From IMG/VR virus record IMGVR_UViG_3300021964_000014: a DNA stretch of 64,000 bases. One strand, given 5' to 3'. A model generated the notes under the pieces. The model was not told the DNA's origin, did not search any database, and was given only the letters and a program-made list of their open reading frames with translations. Both the position numbers and the translations under genes were made by a program. The DNA comes from a virus. This document shows, one piece after another, positions 47,147 through 57,011 of the stretch; the first letter of the stretch is position 1; the number at the start of each line of letters is the position of its first letter.

Positions 47147-47585
47147 CTACTTTATAAAATCCTATATATTCTAAAGCATCCATAAAATCTTTCTTCTCAA
47201 ATTTCTTACCATTTGGCATATCCATTTTATGAGTTTGATCTTTTGGATACTTTTCTAAATCTTCTTTTGGAATCTCCACAGCTTTTACTGCTGACCATTT
47301 CCAATCTTCTTTACTTGTACCGTCTAAAAACACCATACCTTTAGCAGGTAAAGTAATCGTAGCAGGTAACCATACTCTACCTTCTTTATCTTTATGTAAT
47401 AAATCTTTATGTAGTTCTGGTGCTGTTTCCATTAAGTCTGTAAGAGTTTTAGATCCTTCAGTCATTAATGTAGAGGTAGTAAAACCACTTCCAAAGCATA
47501 GCCAAGTTTTTACTTCTTGTCCATTATCTTCAAATGATTGTTCGTAACAAGCATTACTACCAAAAGGTCCTTCTACTAAATTCAT
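47139..47585 (-). CDS. Hypothetical protein within the glycosylation cluster
   Basis: ORF track. Confidence 0.6.
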   Translation of the reverse strand: MNLVEGPFGSNACYEQSFEDNGQEVKTWLCFGSGFTTSTLMTEGSKTLTDLMETAPELHKDLLHKDKEGRVWLPATITLPAKGMVFLDGTSKEDWKWSAVKAVEIPKEDLEKYPKDQTHKMDMPNGKKFEKKDFMDALEYIGFYKVDE

Positions 47586-47587
47586 AA

Positions 47588-48886
47588 TTATAACTTTTGC
47601 ATTTTAGGTAATGAAATCTTTTTGATGCCTGGCATCTTAAACTTTTCTTCTCTAGCAAATTCAGGAACATTTCTCTGAATTATATCTGCTAATACTTCTT
47701 GCATCTTGTCAAAAGTAAACTGCCTTTTAATTATACCAGCTTGCTTTTGAGCATTCTTTAAAGACTGTTTATAGTTCTTGAATACTATTTTATAAGCTTT
47801 TAAAGCAGTCTGATGATCAAATGTAAACCATTTACTTTCTGGTAGTATCATATTTTTAATTACTGCTGATGGATGTACATCTTCTAATTTACCACCGACT
47901 AGTAAAGTTAAATCTTTATGTAAGAAGTCTGTATGTCCAGACCATGCTGAGGTAATTATAGGTTTCCCTATAGAAGCAAATTCTAAGAAAGGTCTACCGA
48001 ATCCTTCTCCTCTAGTTAAACATACCATTGCTTTCACTTTAGGATGATTATAAACCATATTTACCTCTTCGTCTTTTAATTCACCATGAAGTAAGTATAT
48101 ATTAGGTAAGTTAGCTCCTCCTACTTTCTTTTTAATCTCATCTATTTTACCTATTAAATGAGATTGATCTGTTACAGAGCTACTTGCTTGTTGAGTTTTA
48201 AGTATTAATGCAGGTTTATTTAACTTACTTTTAAATGATTCTAAAAAAGTAGCTATAGTACCACCTACATTTTTTCTATCTTGACCAAAATCACCTTGTA
48301 GCCAATGCCCAACCATTAGAAAACAAAAGCTTTCTTTAATCTCATTAAGAGATTTTACAATTTGAACATCTGATGAAGTATTAACTTTTTTATATTTAGT
48401 TACATCTACTCCTTCAAATAATACCTCTACAGGTGCTGTAAGTTCAACAGTCTCTAAAACATTACCCTGTTGGTCTTTTTTATCAAACTTACTACTATTA
48501 AATACTAATTTACCATGCTCTGATGATGTTAATATTAAGTCCATTCTATTACAACCTTCAACCCAACTTACATCACACAAAGTTGTTTCTATTCCTGCAG
48601 TTACTCCTATATTATAATCTCCTACACGTTGGAATTCATTAGGAACGGTTATTTGAATCCATACATTTGGTTTTTTAGTTAAGTTAGGAACTAACCTTTT
48701 AGCTAAATCTACCTCGTTGTGATCTGCTAAATAACCAAATCTAGTATTTCCCCATCTTTGAGATAATATCTTAATATCCCATTCAGGTTTACTTTTAATT
48801 AATGCTTTTACAAAATCTCTAGATCTAGCTCCATAACCTGAATAGGTATCTACTGGAGCTGAAACACAAACTGGAATTTTTTTCAT
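47588..48886 (-). CDS. GT4-family (GT-B) glycosyltransferase
   Basis: SGYGARSR, DRKN, TRGEGFGRPFLE, SGHTDFL. Confidence 0.85.
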   Translation of the reverse strand: MKKIPVCVSAPVDTYSGYGARSRDFVKALIKSKPEWDIKILSQRWGNTRFGYLADHNEVDLAKRLVPNLTKKPNVWIQITVPNEFQRVGDYNIGVTAGIETTLCDVSWVEGCNRMDLILTSSEHGKLVFNSSKFDKKDQQGNVLETVELTAPVEVLFEGVDVTKYKKVNTSSDVQIVKSLNEIKESFCFLMVGHWLQGDFGQDRKNVGGTIATFLESFKSKLNKPALILKTQQASSSVTDQSHLIGKIDEIKKKVGGANLPNIYLLHGELKDEEVNMVYNHPKVKAMVCLTRGEGFGRPFLEFASIGKPIITSAWSGHTDFLHKDLTLLVGGKLEDVHPSAVIKNMILPESKWFTFDHQTALKAYKIVFKNYKQSLKNAQKQAGIIKRQFTFDKMQEVLADIIQRNVPEFAREEKFKMPGIKKISLPKMQKL

Positions 48887-48921
48887 TTAGTAACCGTTTA
48901 ATATAATATAACAATTTATTT

Positions 48922-50369
48922 TCAATAAACCAACTTATGTTCAATATAATCTGGTTTTTTATCTTCAACTTTAATAAGTTCAAATCTAGGTCTAGGAGTA
49001 AACTTCTCTAAAGTTTCATCAATAGCATTAATGATATTTTCACTCATCTTATTTGCTGACATTTTAGCTTCATCTGAACAAACCCAATCTCTACCTGCTT
49101 TACCTCTTTTTGCTCTTTCTTCAGGTGACATATTGTAAGATATTTCAATAACTTTAGCTATATCATCAAAGCTACATCTATCATCAAATATGTAAGGAGT
49201 TGGTACAGAACCTACTACAGAAATGTTAGTCGGGAATAAAGGTAGAGCCCATTCACCACATTCTTTATACGTTCCTCTGTGATTAGAAGGAAACTCAGAA
49301 TTAAAGTCTATCCATTTACCTTTATTATCTACAAATCTCATTTGATCTTGCATACCTCCCGTAACGTTTGCTGCTATCATAGTTTCAGCCATCATTGATT
49401 CAGTAAGAGATAATCCCCAACCCTCATTAGAGGAAGGAAGAACAGTTAAATCAGCTAAGTTATAAAACCAATTCAATTGAGCAGTAGGTAATTTCTGTGT
49501 AGAGAAGAAGACATTAACGTACTCTGGATCGCATAAAGCTTCTTTTACTTTATTTAAATCAGTGCCGTTTTGGTCTAATGGAGCTGTATGTAGTACTAAA
49601 GCACATTTTTTAGCTTTTTCTTTTCCTATCTTATCACAAAATACTCTATACCCAGCTATTAAATCACTTGGAGATTTTCTTCTAATATTTCTTGAGTTAA
49701 AGAATACAACATACTCTATATCTGTTTTGCCGTTAAACACAGTTTTTCTAAAGTCTAAGTACTGTTCGTAATTAGGATCTTGATCTCCTATCTTATAAAA
49801 GTAATCCTTATTAATACCGTGTGGTATATATTTAATAAGTTTATCTTTTGCTAAATCACCTAATACTAACTTATTAATGTTAACAGTTTGTTTAGATATA
49901 CCCATCAACAAATCACATGAATTATAAAAATCTCTATTGTATAATGGAGCAGGATAATCATCCCAAATGTTTAAATACACTATAGGCATTGTTTGTCTAA
50001 TCTCTCTTTCCATATCAAATAACCAAGTCCAGTATCTGGGGTCAGTAAATATAAAAATAGCATCAGGACGATGTTTATTAATTAACTGTCTAACTACATT
50101 TGCTTCTCCGTATCCATTATGGGGGTATAGCAAAACACTAGCATCTTCAACGTTTGTGTGTTTGCGACATCTTGAGAGAGGTCTAATGATTTACCAGCAT
50201 CAGGGTGTTTAATAGCTGCACCTAATTGGACCCAATTAAAATGTTGCACGCTACCAAATACAAACTCTTTTGCCATAGTAGCAATACCTGAGTGCATTCT
50301 TAAATCATCACATAACAAGAGTATAGTTTTTCTATCCTCTTTTTTTAAATAACCAAATTTGTTTTCCAT
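48922..50369 (-). CDS. GT4-family glycosyltransferase, split by a 1-nt frameshift near 50162
   Basis: N-part DDLRMHSGIA; C-part NSRNIRRK and SSNEGWGLSLTE; restoring one A gives ..QDVAKHTNVEDASVLLYP.. Confidence 0.8.
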
Positions 50370-50560
50370 TACTTTTTAAGATTTATATCTGTGACTGTAT
50401 GTAAATTGTCTCTAAACTTCTTATCTGTAAGATAAAGAAAAATGCTTCGGGAAGCAAGTTTTTGAAAAGAAAATTTATCCTTGATACATTGGAATTTAAA
50501 CTCTTGGAATAGTTCATCGTCTATACGAACGGTTGTTAACCTTTTATCAGAACTTTTCAT
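50369..50560 (-). CDS. Ribbon-helix-helix-like small DNA-binding protein
   Basis: LTTVRIDDELFQEFK pattern; heads the GT operon; TATTTATA at 50585-50592. Confidence 0.55.
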   Translation of the reverse strand: MKSSDKRLTTVRIDDELFQEFKFQCIKDKFSFQKLASRSIFLYLTDKKFRDNLHTVTDINLKK

Positions 50561-50596
50561 AACTTATATAATTATATATTTATATATAAATAGGCT

Positions 50597-51511
50597 TTAT
50601 TTTACAAAATCGCAACAATCTTTGCATTTACCTAAGGGGGAAGTACATTTATATTCCTTATCTATATACTTACCATTTTCATCTAATACATCTTCTATAA
50701 AGTTATTCATAGAAGTTAAAACTTGTTTAGTTTTTCTTGGACCTGCATTAGGTCTAAACTCTTGTACTCTTCTTTGCATTATAGCAAAATCAGCTTCAAC
50801 AGGGACTCTTCTCTTGACTATAAAATACTCTACGTTTATTTTTTCTTTAGGTACGTTAAACTGTCTAGAAAAGAACTCTTTGTATAGTACTACTTGAGCT
50901 GTTAGGTTAGGATTTTTCTTTTGATTATCTCTCCACCCTGATGTAGAGGTTTTTATATCCATAATAGTCCATTCATCTACGGCTTTGTTGTAGAATACTA
51001 AATCAACTAAACCTTTAAATTTTACTCCAGGTTTAATATCTTGATATAGTAGAGTCTCTACTCCAGCTAACATATTATTTTTTGTGCTGAAGTATCCTGC
51101 TCTCTTCTTTTTTAGAAAATCTAATATATGTTTTCCGTCTAACCAAAATTGAGTTAATTCATCTGCGTTAGAAAAGTGTTGTCCTTCCATTTGAGCTCTA
51201 CCTCTCTTATAAGCTTGTACTATATTAGCATAGAGTAATTCATCTAAGTTAATATTGTTAGCTGCTTTAACAGAATCATGGTACATTACAGTTAACCATT
51301 CTTGCATAGTTTCATGCATAGCGGTACCAAAGCAAGTATAAATGTTCTGAGTGAATGGAACTTCGTTTCTTAAGTACATAAGTTCCCATAGCTTAGGACA
51401 TTTATTATAAGTACTTAATGAACTATAAGAGATGTGAGTATTTTTAGAAGGTGATTGTTTGATTTTACTCTCCCATACCTTCTTTACAGGTCCTTTTAGT
51501 TTTTTTGACAT
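50597..51511 (-). CDS. PD-(D/E)XK nuclease (Cas4/RecB-like exonuclease)
   Basis: SYS....KCP, FGTAMHE, E, GLVD, DIKT, QVVLY, C-terminal Cys cluster. Confidence 0.85.
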   Translation of the reverse strand: MSKKLKGPVKKVWESKIKQSPSKNTHISYSSLSTYNKCPKLWELMYLRNEVPFTQNIYTCFGTAMHETMQEWLTVMYHDSVKAANNINLDELLYANIVQAYKRGRAQMEGQHFSNADELTQFWLDGKHILDFLKKKRAGYFSTKNNMLAGVETLLYQDIKPGVKFKGLVDLVFYNKAVDEWTIMDIKTSTSGWRDNQKKNPNLTAQVVLYKEFFSRQFNVPKEKINVEYFIVKRRVPVEADFAIMQRRVQEFRPNAGPRKTKQVLTSMNNFIEDVLDENGKYIDKEYKCTSPLGKCKDCCDFVK

Positions 51512-51883
51512 CTAATCGTTTTTCCAGAGACCTCTCTTTACTAACTGAGCAATAATACCATAGTTAGTAACGTCTTGAAAAGTATCTATTAGTGTTTCGT
51601 TTTGAGCTTTACGACCTGATATGATCATATTCTTCCATCTGTTAATCTTATCTGAAAGTCTATACCATAAACCGGTCATAGCAAACTCTATTTCGTCTTG
51701 AGTATCTAAATTAGTACCTGCACTAACGTTATGCATTCCGTAATCTAAATGTTTCTTACAAAATAATTCGAATTGCTCATCAACTATATCTTGATACGCA
51801 TTATAAATTGTAGGGTATTCTTTTTGCATTACCTCTCTAGCAGACGGAGGTCGCTTGGCATTCATGATTTCTCTATCACTCAT
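51512..51883 (-). CDS. DUF1599 / nucleotide-modification-associated domain protein
   Basis: KKHLDYG..N, RLSDKINR, DTFQD..NYGII. Confidence 0.75.
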   Translation of the reverse strand: MSDREIMNAKRPPSAREVMQKEYPTIYNAYQDIVDEQFELFCKKHLDYGMHNVSAGTNLDTQDEIEFAMTGLWYRLSDKINRWKNMIISGRKAQNETLIDTFQDVTNYGIIAQLVKRGLWKND

Positions 51884-51908
51884 ATAACTTATTTATTTTA
51901 AAATGTAA

Positions 51909-52148
51909 CTAATCGTTAAGTATCTTTCCAGGATTATCTTCTGGAAAGTATCTATTCAATATCTCTATTTGCTCTTCAGCTTTTGCAAGTTGATCTAATG
52001 CTTCTTCAGCATTCTTATAGTAATCACCAGTTGAGTGATCTCCAATACCAACTGCTTTGTCTGTTAATAATTCAAAAGATGTTAATGCTTTTTCTTTATT
52101 AGCTTTTGCTTGAGCTAGTAAAGCTTTTATAATTCTATACTGTGCCAT
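51909..52148 (-). CDS. Small conserved helical protein
   Basis: VGIGDHS motif; promoter 52152-52184 ends 3 nt before the ATG. Confidence 0.65.
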   Translation of the reverse strand: MAQYRIIKALLAQAKANKEKALTSFELLTDKAVGIGDHSTGDYYKNAEEALDQLAKAEEQIEILNRYFPEDNPGKILND

Positions 52149-52184
52149 ATTATAATATAGTAAATTTAATGTTAAAATGCAACT

Positions 52185-53375
52185 TTAATATGTTTTTCTT
52201 TTAAAGTTAATAGGATTATCTGGATCGTTGTTTATTGCTGATTGTACTTCTTCTTTAGGAGCCCATATGACTTCTCCTGTTTTGAGTTCAACTTGCCATT
52301 GAGAAGGTGATTCAAATACTATTCTCTTTATGTTTTTTTCTAATTGATGTCCTTTTTTATCAGGAGGAGTTGTACCTCTCGCTTCATCATAATGTTCTCC
52401 ATCATTTCCATTTTGACCTATAATATCCATCCTTCTCTCATCCCACTCATCGTAATCCTCAGGAACACCCTCTGCCTTTTCGTCTTCTAATCCATCATTA
52501 GTAGTTATTTCAAAATCTTCGAAATCATCTTCATCCCAAACTTTTTCTCCATATAAATTTTTCTTAGGTCTTGCTTTATCGAATGCAAAGTTGGCTGCTA
52601 CTACTAACGATATTGCTAGTGGATCAAATACAAAAATAATAATAAGGAGTAGTATATTAATAATCTTATCCATAGGAGTACCTGTTAAACCAGATAGATA
52701 CTGTAACGGACCTAATTCTCCTACGGTATCCGCATTGTTCTGTAGTGCTAGTATATCTAACTTATATTTTTGTAAACTGTCTGCAGCGACGTTTCTTTTC
52801 AAATAGACGTCTTTCCTATTATTTTCTTCAATTGCGAGTCTATTTTGTGCAAGACGTAACTCAGCTGTTGATACGGTTGTTCTAATGCCCCCAACCACCG
52901 AGGTGTCTCGTACTTGGATCGACGTAGCTTTGGCGCTAGAAAGAGCAGAAATATTATCAGATATTTGCGTAAGTTCTTGATCATACCTTTGTATATCGTC
53001 TTCATAAAATTTAGATTTATTTTCTAAGAACTCTATTTGGTTCTGTTGTACTGTAAGTTTTTGATATGTTTCTTGATAAGCCGCACTCAAAAATCCATAT
53101 ATACCCATACTAGTAATAAGTACTAATATTATAGCAGCTACAGTAAGATACACTCTGAGAAGCTTATTTATGGTATCCCAATATTGATATAGAAGTGATG
53201 CTATAACTAATTTAGCTACCTCTAAGGAACCAGCCATTATTATTACTTCAAATGTAGCACCAGCAAATAATTTACTTAGTCCACTCACTGAATAGAATGC
53301 TGCTGATGCAGATACAGAAAGAGCAGATAACGCAATTATACTTGGAAAAGTGTACTTTTTTATAGTTTTTATCAT
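52185..53375 (-). CDS. Multi-TM coiled-coil membrane protein
   Basis: AFYSVSGL, LEVAKL, ITSMGIYGFLS, VGELGPL.Y, IFVFDPLA. Confidence 0.65.
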   Translation of the reverse strand: MIKTIKKYTFPSIIALSALSVSASAAFYSVSGLSKLFAGATFEVIIMAGSLEVAKLVIASLLYQYWDTINKLLRVYLTVAAIILVLITSMGIYGFLSAAYQETYQKLTVQQNQIEFLENKSKFYEDDIQRYDQELTQISDNISALSSAKATSIQVRDTSVVGGIRTTVSTAELRLAQNRLAIEENNRKDVYLKRNVAADSLQKYKLDILALQNNADTVGELGPLQYLSGLTGTPMDKIINILLLIIIFVFDPLAISLVVAANFAFDKARPKKNLYGEKVWDEDDFEDFEITTNDGLEDEKAEGVPEDYDEWDERRMDIIGQNGNDGEHYDEARGTTPPDKKGHQLEKNIKRIVFESPSQWQVELKTGEVIWAPKEEVQSAINNDPDNPINFKRKTY

Positions 53376-53803
53376 TTTACAATTAATATGCCAACAGCTG
53401 CTATTCCAATATAGGAACCTATTTTGTATAGCTTAGCCTGGCGTTTAGATCTTTTTAAAGCAATTTCTAAGTCCTCTGATAACCTAGCTTGAGTATCGAA
53501 CTGCTTTCTCATACTAATGATAGTAGAATCATAATTATTAATTTGTAACTGTAAATTTGTGACCAGATCATTCTGGACAAGTAACTTACTATTAGTTTCA
53601 GTAAGTAGAAATTGCATTGATTGCATTTCTTTGCTCAACCCATCGCCTTTGATTAAATCTTTTATTACTAATCTAGCAATAGGTTTAGTTATTTGTATCT
53701 GTGTTGTGTCCTTCGATGATTTCTTTGTAACGTTCTGCGAAAAAGCGTTCAAGCTCATCATCACCAAAGAAGTCAACAGAATCAATTTTTTGTTGAGTCT
53801 CAT
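53372..53803 (-). CDS. Spanin-like periplasmic coiled-coil protein
   Basis: Signal peptide AFS|Q, coiled coil, C-terminal TM; overlaps the next gene; near the endolysin. Confidence 0.5.
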   Translation of the reverse strand: MRLNKKLILLTSLVMMSLNAFSQNVTKKSSKDTTQIQITKPIARLVIKDLIKGDGLSKEMQSMQFLLTETNSKLLVQNDLVTNLQLQINNYDSTIISMRKQFDTQARLSEDLEIALKRSKRQAKLYKIGSYIGIAAVGILIVK

Positions 53804-54062
53804 TTTTTATAACTATTATAGTTCTGTTAAGTTTATTAATTCTGGAATCATATTCCACAATTTTATTAGATAGTGAATCAGCTTCTAACTTTAACTCACC
53901 ATTATATACATTGATTGAATCTATTTTTTGCTGTAAAAAATTAATTTCAGTTTGATAAGATTCTATATCTACGTCTATATCTGCTTTTCCAAATATGACA
54001 TACCCTACTCCGATTCCTAATATTCCCCAGAAGAGGTAAGTCTGTAATTTCCTAGTCCACAT
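53685..54062 (-). CDS. Spanin-like inner-membrane coiled-coil protein
   Basis: N-terminal TM followed by coiled coil; lysis context. Confidence 0.5.
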   Translation of the reverse strand: MWTRKLQTYLFWGILGIGVGYVIFGKADIDVDIESYQTEINFLQQKIDSINVYNGELKLEADSLSNKIVEYDSRINKLNRTIIVIKNETQQKIDSVDFFGDDELERFFAERYKEIIEGHNTDTNN

Positions 54063-54089
54063 ATATACAATATAGTAAAAAAAATTTTA

Positions 54090-54698
54090 TTAGCCAACTA
54101 TATCTTTACTTTCTATTAAAGTATAGGTAAAAGAGTTACCATATAGGTCTTTTGCTTTATATGCTGCCTCCATAAGAATATTAAAGTCTGATTCTTTTGA
54201 GAATACTTGACAACCTGCAGACCATTTATCGATTTGAGTTGATCCATTAACTCTTGATCCAGCCTTATGTATGTTTATTCCGTATATACCTTCTTGTATA
54301 TTTTCTTCTAACATATCATAAACTCCATCTTTGTTATTATCTCTATATACTTTAAGGTTCTTTTGTTGACATAGAGCTTCATATTTACCTTGATGCTTTC
54401 TAATCTTATGAGAACCTCTATACTGTCCTGGTACTAAGATTGCTACTCCGTCTTTATTTAAAAGATTCTTTTCCCAATGTGTACCGGGATCAGTTGTAGC
54501 TGCAAAGCAGTAAAATTTCTCTTCTCCATCTACGTTAAAAGATAATGTCAAACAGTCATCAAACTTATTTGTTACTTTTCCTTCAGTAGCTGAATTTCTA
54601 ACTCCTACAATGTTTAGATTGTAATTACCATTTTCGAACCATTTATATCCTTTGGATATTAATGTATCTTTGATTTGTTGTCTAGTATAGCAAGCCAT
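54090..54698 (-). CDS. Putative endolysin with L,D-transpeptidase-like His/Cys catalytic motif
   Basis: LNIVGVR, FDD, TTDPG, GINIH..WSAGCQV. Confidence 0.65.
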   Translation of the reverse strand: MACYTRQQIKDTLISKGYKWFENGNYNLNIVGVRNSATEGKVTNKFDDCLTLSFNVDGEEKFYCFAATTDPGTHWEKNLLNKDGVAILVPGQYRGSHKIRKHQGKYEALCQQKNLKVYRDNNKDGVYDMLEENIQEGIYGINIHKAGSRVNGSTQIDKWSAGCQVFSKESDFNILMEAAYKAKDLYGNSFTYTLIESKDIVG

Positions 54699-54709
54699 AT
54701 TTTAAATTA

Positions 54710-54961
54710 TTATTTTCCTTTTCCTTCTAAAAATCCTTTTTCGTATTGAAGTTCTTTTTCAATATCCACTATTCGATCTTCTAATTCGTTAATTACTTTA
54801 ATTTTTTTATCTAACCTCTCATGTACAGTATTTAATTCTGACTGTAATGCGGTAAACTGAGCGAATATAGTACCGGCTGTGAAAATAAAAGCTAACAATC
54901 CAACTACTATTGACCAGTTATTCGCTAAAAACTTGTTTAAATTCACTTCTTCTTCTTTCAC
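54710..54961 (-). CDS. Holin-like / single-TM coiled-coil protein
   Basis: One TM, adjacent to the endolysin; late motif 54980-54987. Confidence 0.4.
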   Translation of the reverse strand: MKEEEVNLNKFLANNWSIVVGLLAFIFTAGTIFAQFTALQSELNTVHERLDKKIKVINELEDRIVDIEKELQYEKGFLEGKGK

Positions 54962-54991
54962 GGTTAAATTTGCTTTTAATATAAATAGCTA

Positions 54992-55522
54992 CTAATTTTT
55001 ATCTTTGTCTAATCTGAAATATATTGAAGCTCCAACGTATGGTCTTAATTTACTGACTCCTGTTTCCTTGTCTAATAAGTCATTTCTAAAGCCAACATCT
55101 AAACTAAACATTTTATCTCCAGGAGCTTTATATAAGAATCTTATATCAGAACCACTAAAATAGTTATTTAAATCATATTGGTATCCAAATCCTAAGAAAA
55201 ACTTCTTTTGAGGAGGTCTCATGACTTCTACTATTCGATCTACAGGTCTGTCTCTATATATAGTTTTAATTATCTCTACTGGTTTTTCTACTATCAACTC
55301 TTTAATAAGTGTATCTGTCTTTATTTCAGTAATATATTTAGGTATGTATATTTTTTTTTCTACTATACTATCTACATATATAGTATCAGTTACTGTAACT
55401 ATTTTTTCTATTTCTACCTCAACTATTTTCACTTCCGGAATCCTATAGTACTGGTTAAAGTACCCTACCGCCCAAGCTGCTATTATTAATAAGCTAATTA
55501 ATGTTATATGTTTTCTTTTCAT
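54992..55522 (-). CDS. Membrane-anchored protein with Val/Ile/Glu repeats and C-terminal beta strands
   Basis: IVEVEIEKIV..DTIYVD repeats; GFGYQY..YVGASIYF end; late motif 55526-55533. Confidence 0.55.
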   Translation of the reverse strand: MKRKHITLISLLIIAAWAVGYFNQYYRIPEVKIVEVEIEKIVTVTDTIYVDSIVEKKIYIPKYITEIKTDTLIKELIVEKPVEIIKTIYRDRPVDRIVEVMRPPQKKFFLGFGYQYDLNNYFSGSDIRFLYKAPGDKMFSLDVGFRNDLLDKETGVSKLRPYVGASIYFRLDKDKN

Positions 55523-55533
55523 GTATATAAATA

Positions 55534-57009
55534 TTAAAGTGGAATCTTAGAACCTATCATAAATGAATTCATTATAGGAACAAACTCATTACTACTATAA
55601 ATTAACGTCCATCCTACGTTAAATGAGAATGTCTTTGTTACGTTAACTGTAAATGAATTAGCTAATATACCTATAAGGTCTTTACTCACAGTACCAAATG
55701 CTGGAGATTCTTCTGTTTCTTGCATATACGATAAAGGAGATTGAGCTACTATTAAAGCTGGTGAGTACATAACTCTTCTATGAACCTGAACTGAGTTAGT
55801 ATATAAGAAGTTGTACCCTAATGAGGCCATATTAGGTAGACGTTCTCCTAAGTTATCTTTACCGAACATATAAGAGTAATTCAACCCTATTCCAACTGTT
55901 CCGTATTTACCCATAGGTTTCATTCTACTTAATGAAATAGATGTTGCATTCATATTATAATTCCTCATAAAGGAAAGATTAATACCATCCACCCAAGTAA
56001 CAGCATAATTTTCATTTAATGTTACTTTTGACCTACCTAACGTTACCCCAACTTGTTTTAAGTTATCGTATATCTGTAAAGTAGCTGTATTAGTTATATC
56101 TCCATATATAGAAGCTTGAGAAGCTCCTACGCTTAATACTGTATTATAATCTAAAGTTAATGCTTGTTGTTGTAAAAGATCTGCTTTTAACTGAATAGGC
56201 ATAAACCTTTTTTCTTTTTTCTTTTTTTCTTCTTCTTCCTCTTCTTCGGATTTTTCTTCTTCTTTTTCCTCCTCTTCTTCTTTCTCTTCTTCTTTTTCCT
56301 CCTCTTCTTTTTCTTCCTTCTCTTCTTCTTTTTCTTCTTCCTTACTTTCTTCTTCTTTTTCTTCTGATGATTCTTCTTCACTAGTTTCCTCTTCTGAGCT
56401 TTCTTCGGTCTCTTCTCCTCCTTCACCCTCACCTTCACCAGAACCTTCACCCTCGCCTTCTCCTTCTCCACTACCTTCACCAGATCCTTCTCCTTCTCCA
56501 CTACCTTCTCCACTACCTTCTCCAGATCCTTCTCCTTCTCCACTACCTTCTCCAGATCCTTCTCCACTACCTGAACTACCAGATGATCCGCTATTGTCGG
56601 AACCTTCTGATGAGCTACCTCCACTATCTCCTCCACTAGAAGAACTACTAGAGGATGATGAACTTGATGATGAACTACTAGAAGAAGTATTGGTACTAGT
56701 AGAACTAGTAGCGTTATTGGCTGCGTTTTGAGCGTTTGTAGCTTGTGTTTGAGCTGAAGAACAAGGTGATAGTGCTTGCCACCAAGCATATTTTTGAGCT
56801 AACCATTGTTGTAACTCACCGTTGAGGTATTGTTGATAAGTAAATATTTTAGCTTCATTATAAAAAGCTACGACTGCTGAACCAGTTGTGAAGTTAGCAG
56901 ACACTACCTGTACCTCTCCGGTACATCTATCAACAAATGTTTGAGTGAAAGTTTGCCCTACTGCTTCAGTAGAGAAGAAAAGAATAAAAATAAATAAAAG
57001 TTGTCGCAC
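55534..57009 (-). CDS. Secreted protein with long low-complexity linker and predicted C-terminal outer-membrane beta-barrel
   Basis: Signal AVG|Q, two-Cys N-domain, poly-S, GSGE repeats, E/K tract, then amphipathic strands ending FMIGSKIPL. Confidence 0.7.
   Translation of the reverse strand: MRQLLFIFILFFSTEAVGQTFTQTFVDRCTGEVQVVSANFTTGSAVVAFYNEAKIFTYQQYLNGELQQWLAQKYAWWQALSPCSSAQTQATNAQNAANNATSSTSTNTSSSSSSSSSSSSSSSSSGGDSGGSSSEGSDNSGSSGSSGSGEGSGEGSGEGEGSGEGSGEGSGEGEGSGEGSGEGEGEGEGSGEGEGEGGEETEESSEEETSEEESSEEKEEESKEEEKEEEKEEKEEEEKEEEKEEEEEKEEEKSEEEEEEEKKKKEKRFMPIQLKADLLQQQALTLDYNTVLSVGASQASIYGDITNTATLQIYDNLKQVGVTLGRSKVTLNENYAVTWVDGINLSFMRNYNMNATSISLSRMKPMGKYGTVGIGLNYSYMFGKDNLGERLPNMASLGYNFLYTNSVQVHRRVMYSPALIVAQSPLSYMQETEESPAFGTVSKDLIGILANSFTVNVTKTFSFNVGWTLIYSSNEFVPIMNSFMIGSKIPL
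56205..56710 (-). repeat. Coding low-complexity tandem repeats (poly-Ser, GEGS(GE)n, E/K-rich)
   Basis: CTACCTTCTCCA-like 12/18-bp units and TCT/TTC runs on the plus strand. Confidence 0.85.
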
Positions 57010-57011
57010 AT

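Noticed and set aside
42005-50369. Bacterial LPS/capsule locus, i.e. host chromosome
   Set aside because: No flippase, polymerase or initiating phosphoglycosyl transferase; flanked by phage genes and driven by phage promoter motifs
56187-56789. 200-aa Lys/Val-rich ORF
   Set aside because: Alternative frame of the low-complexity linker of 55534-57009
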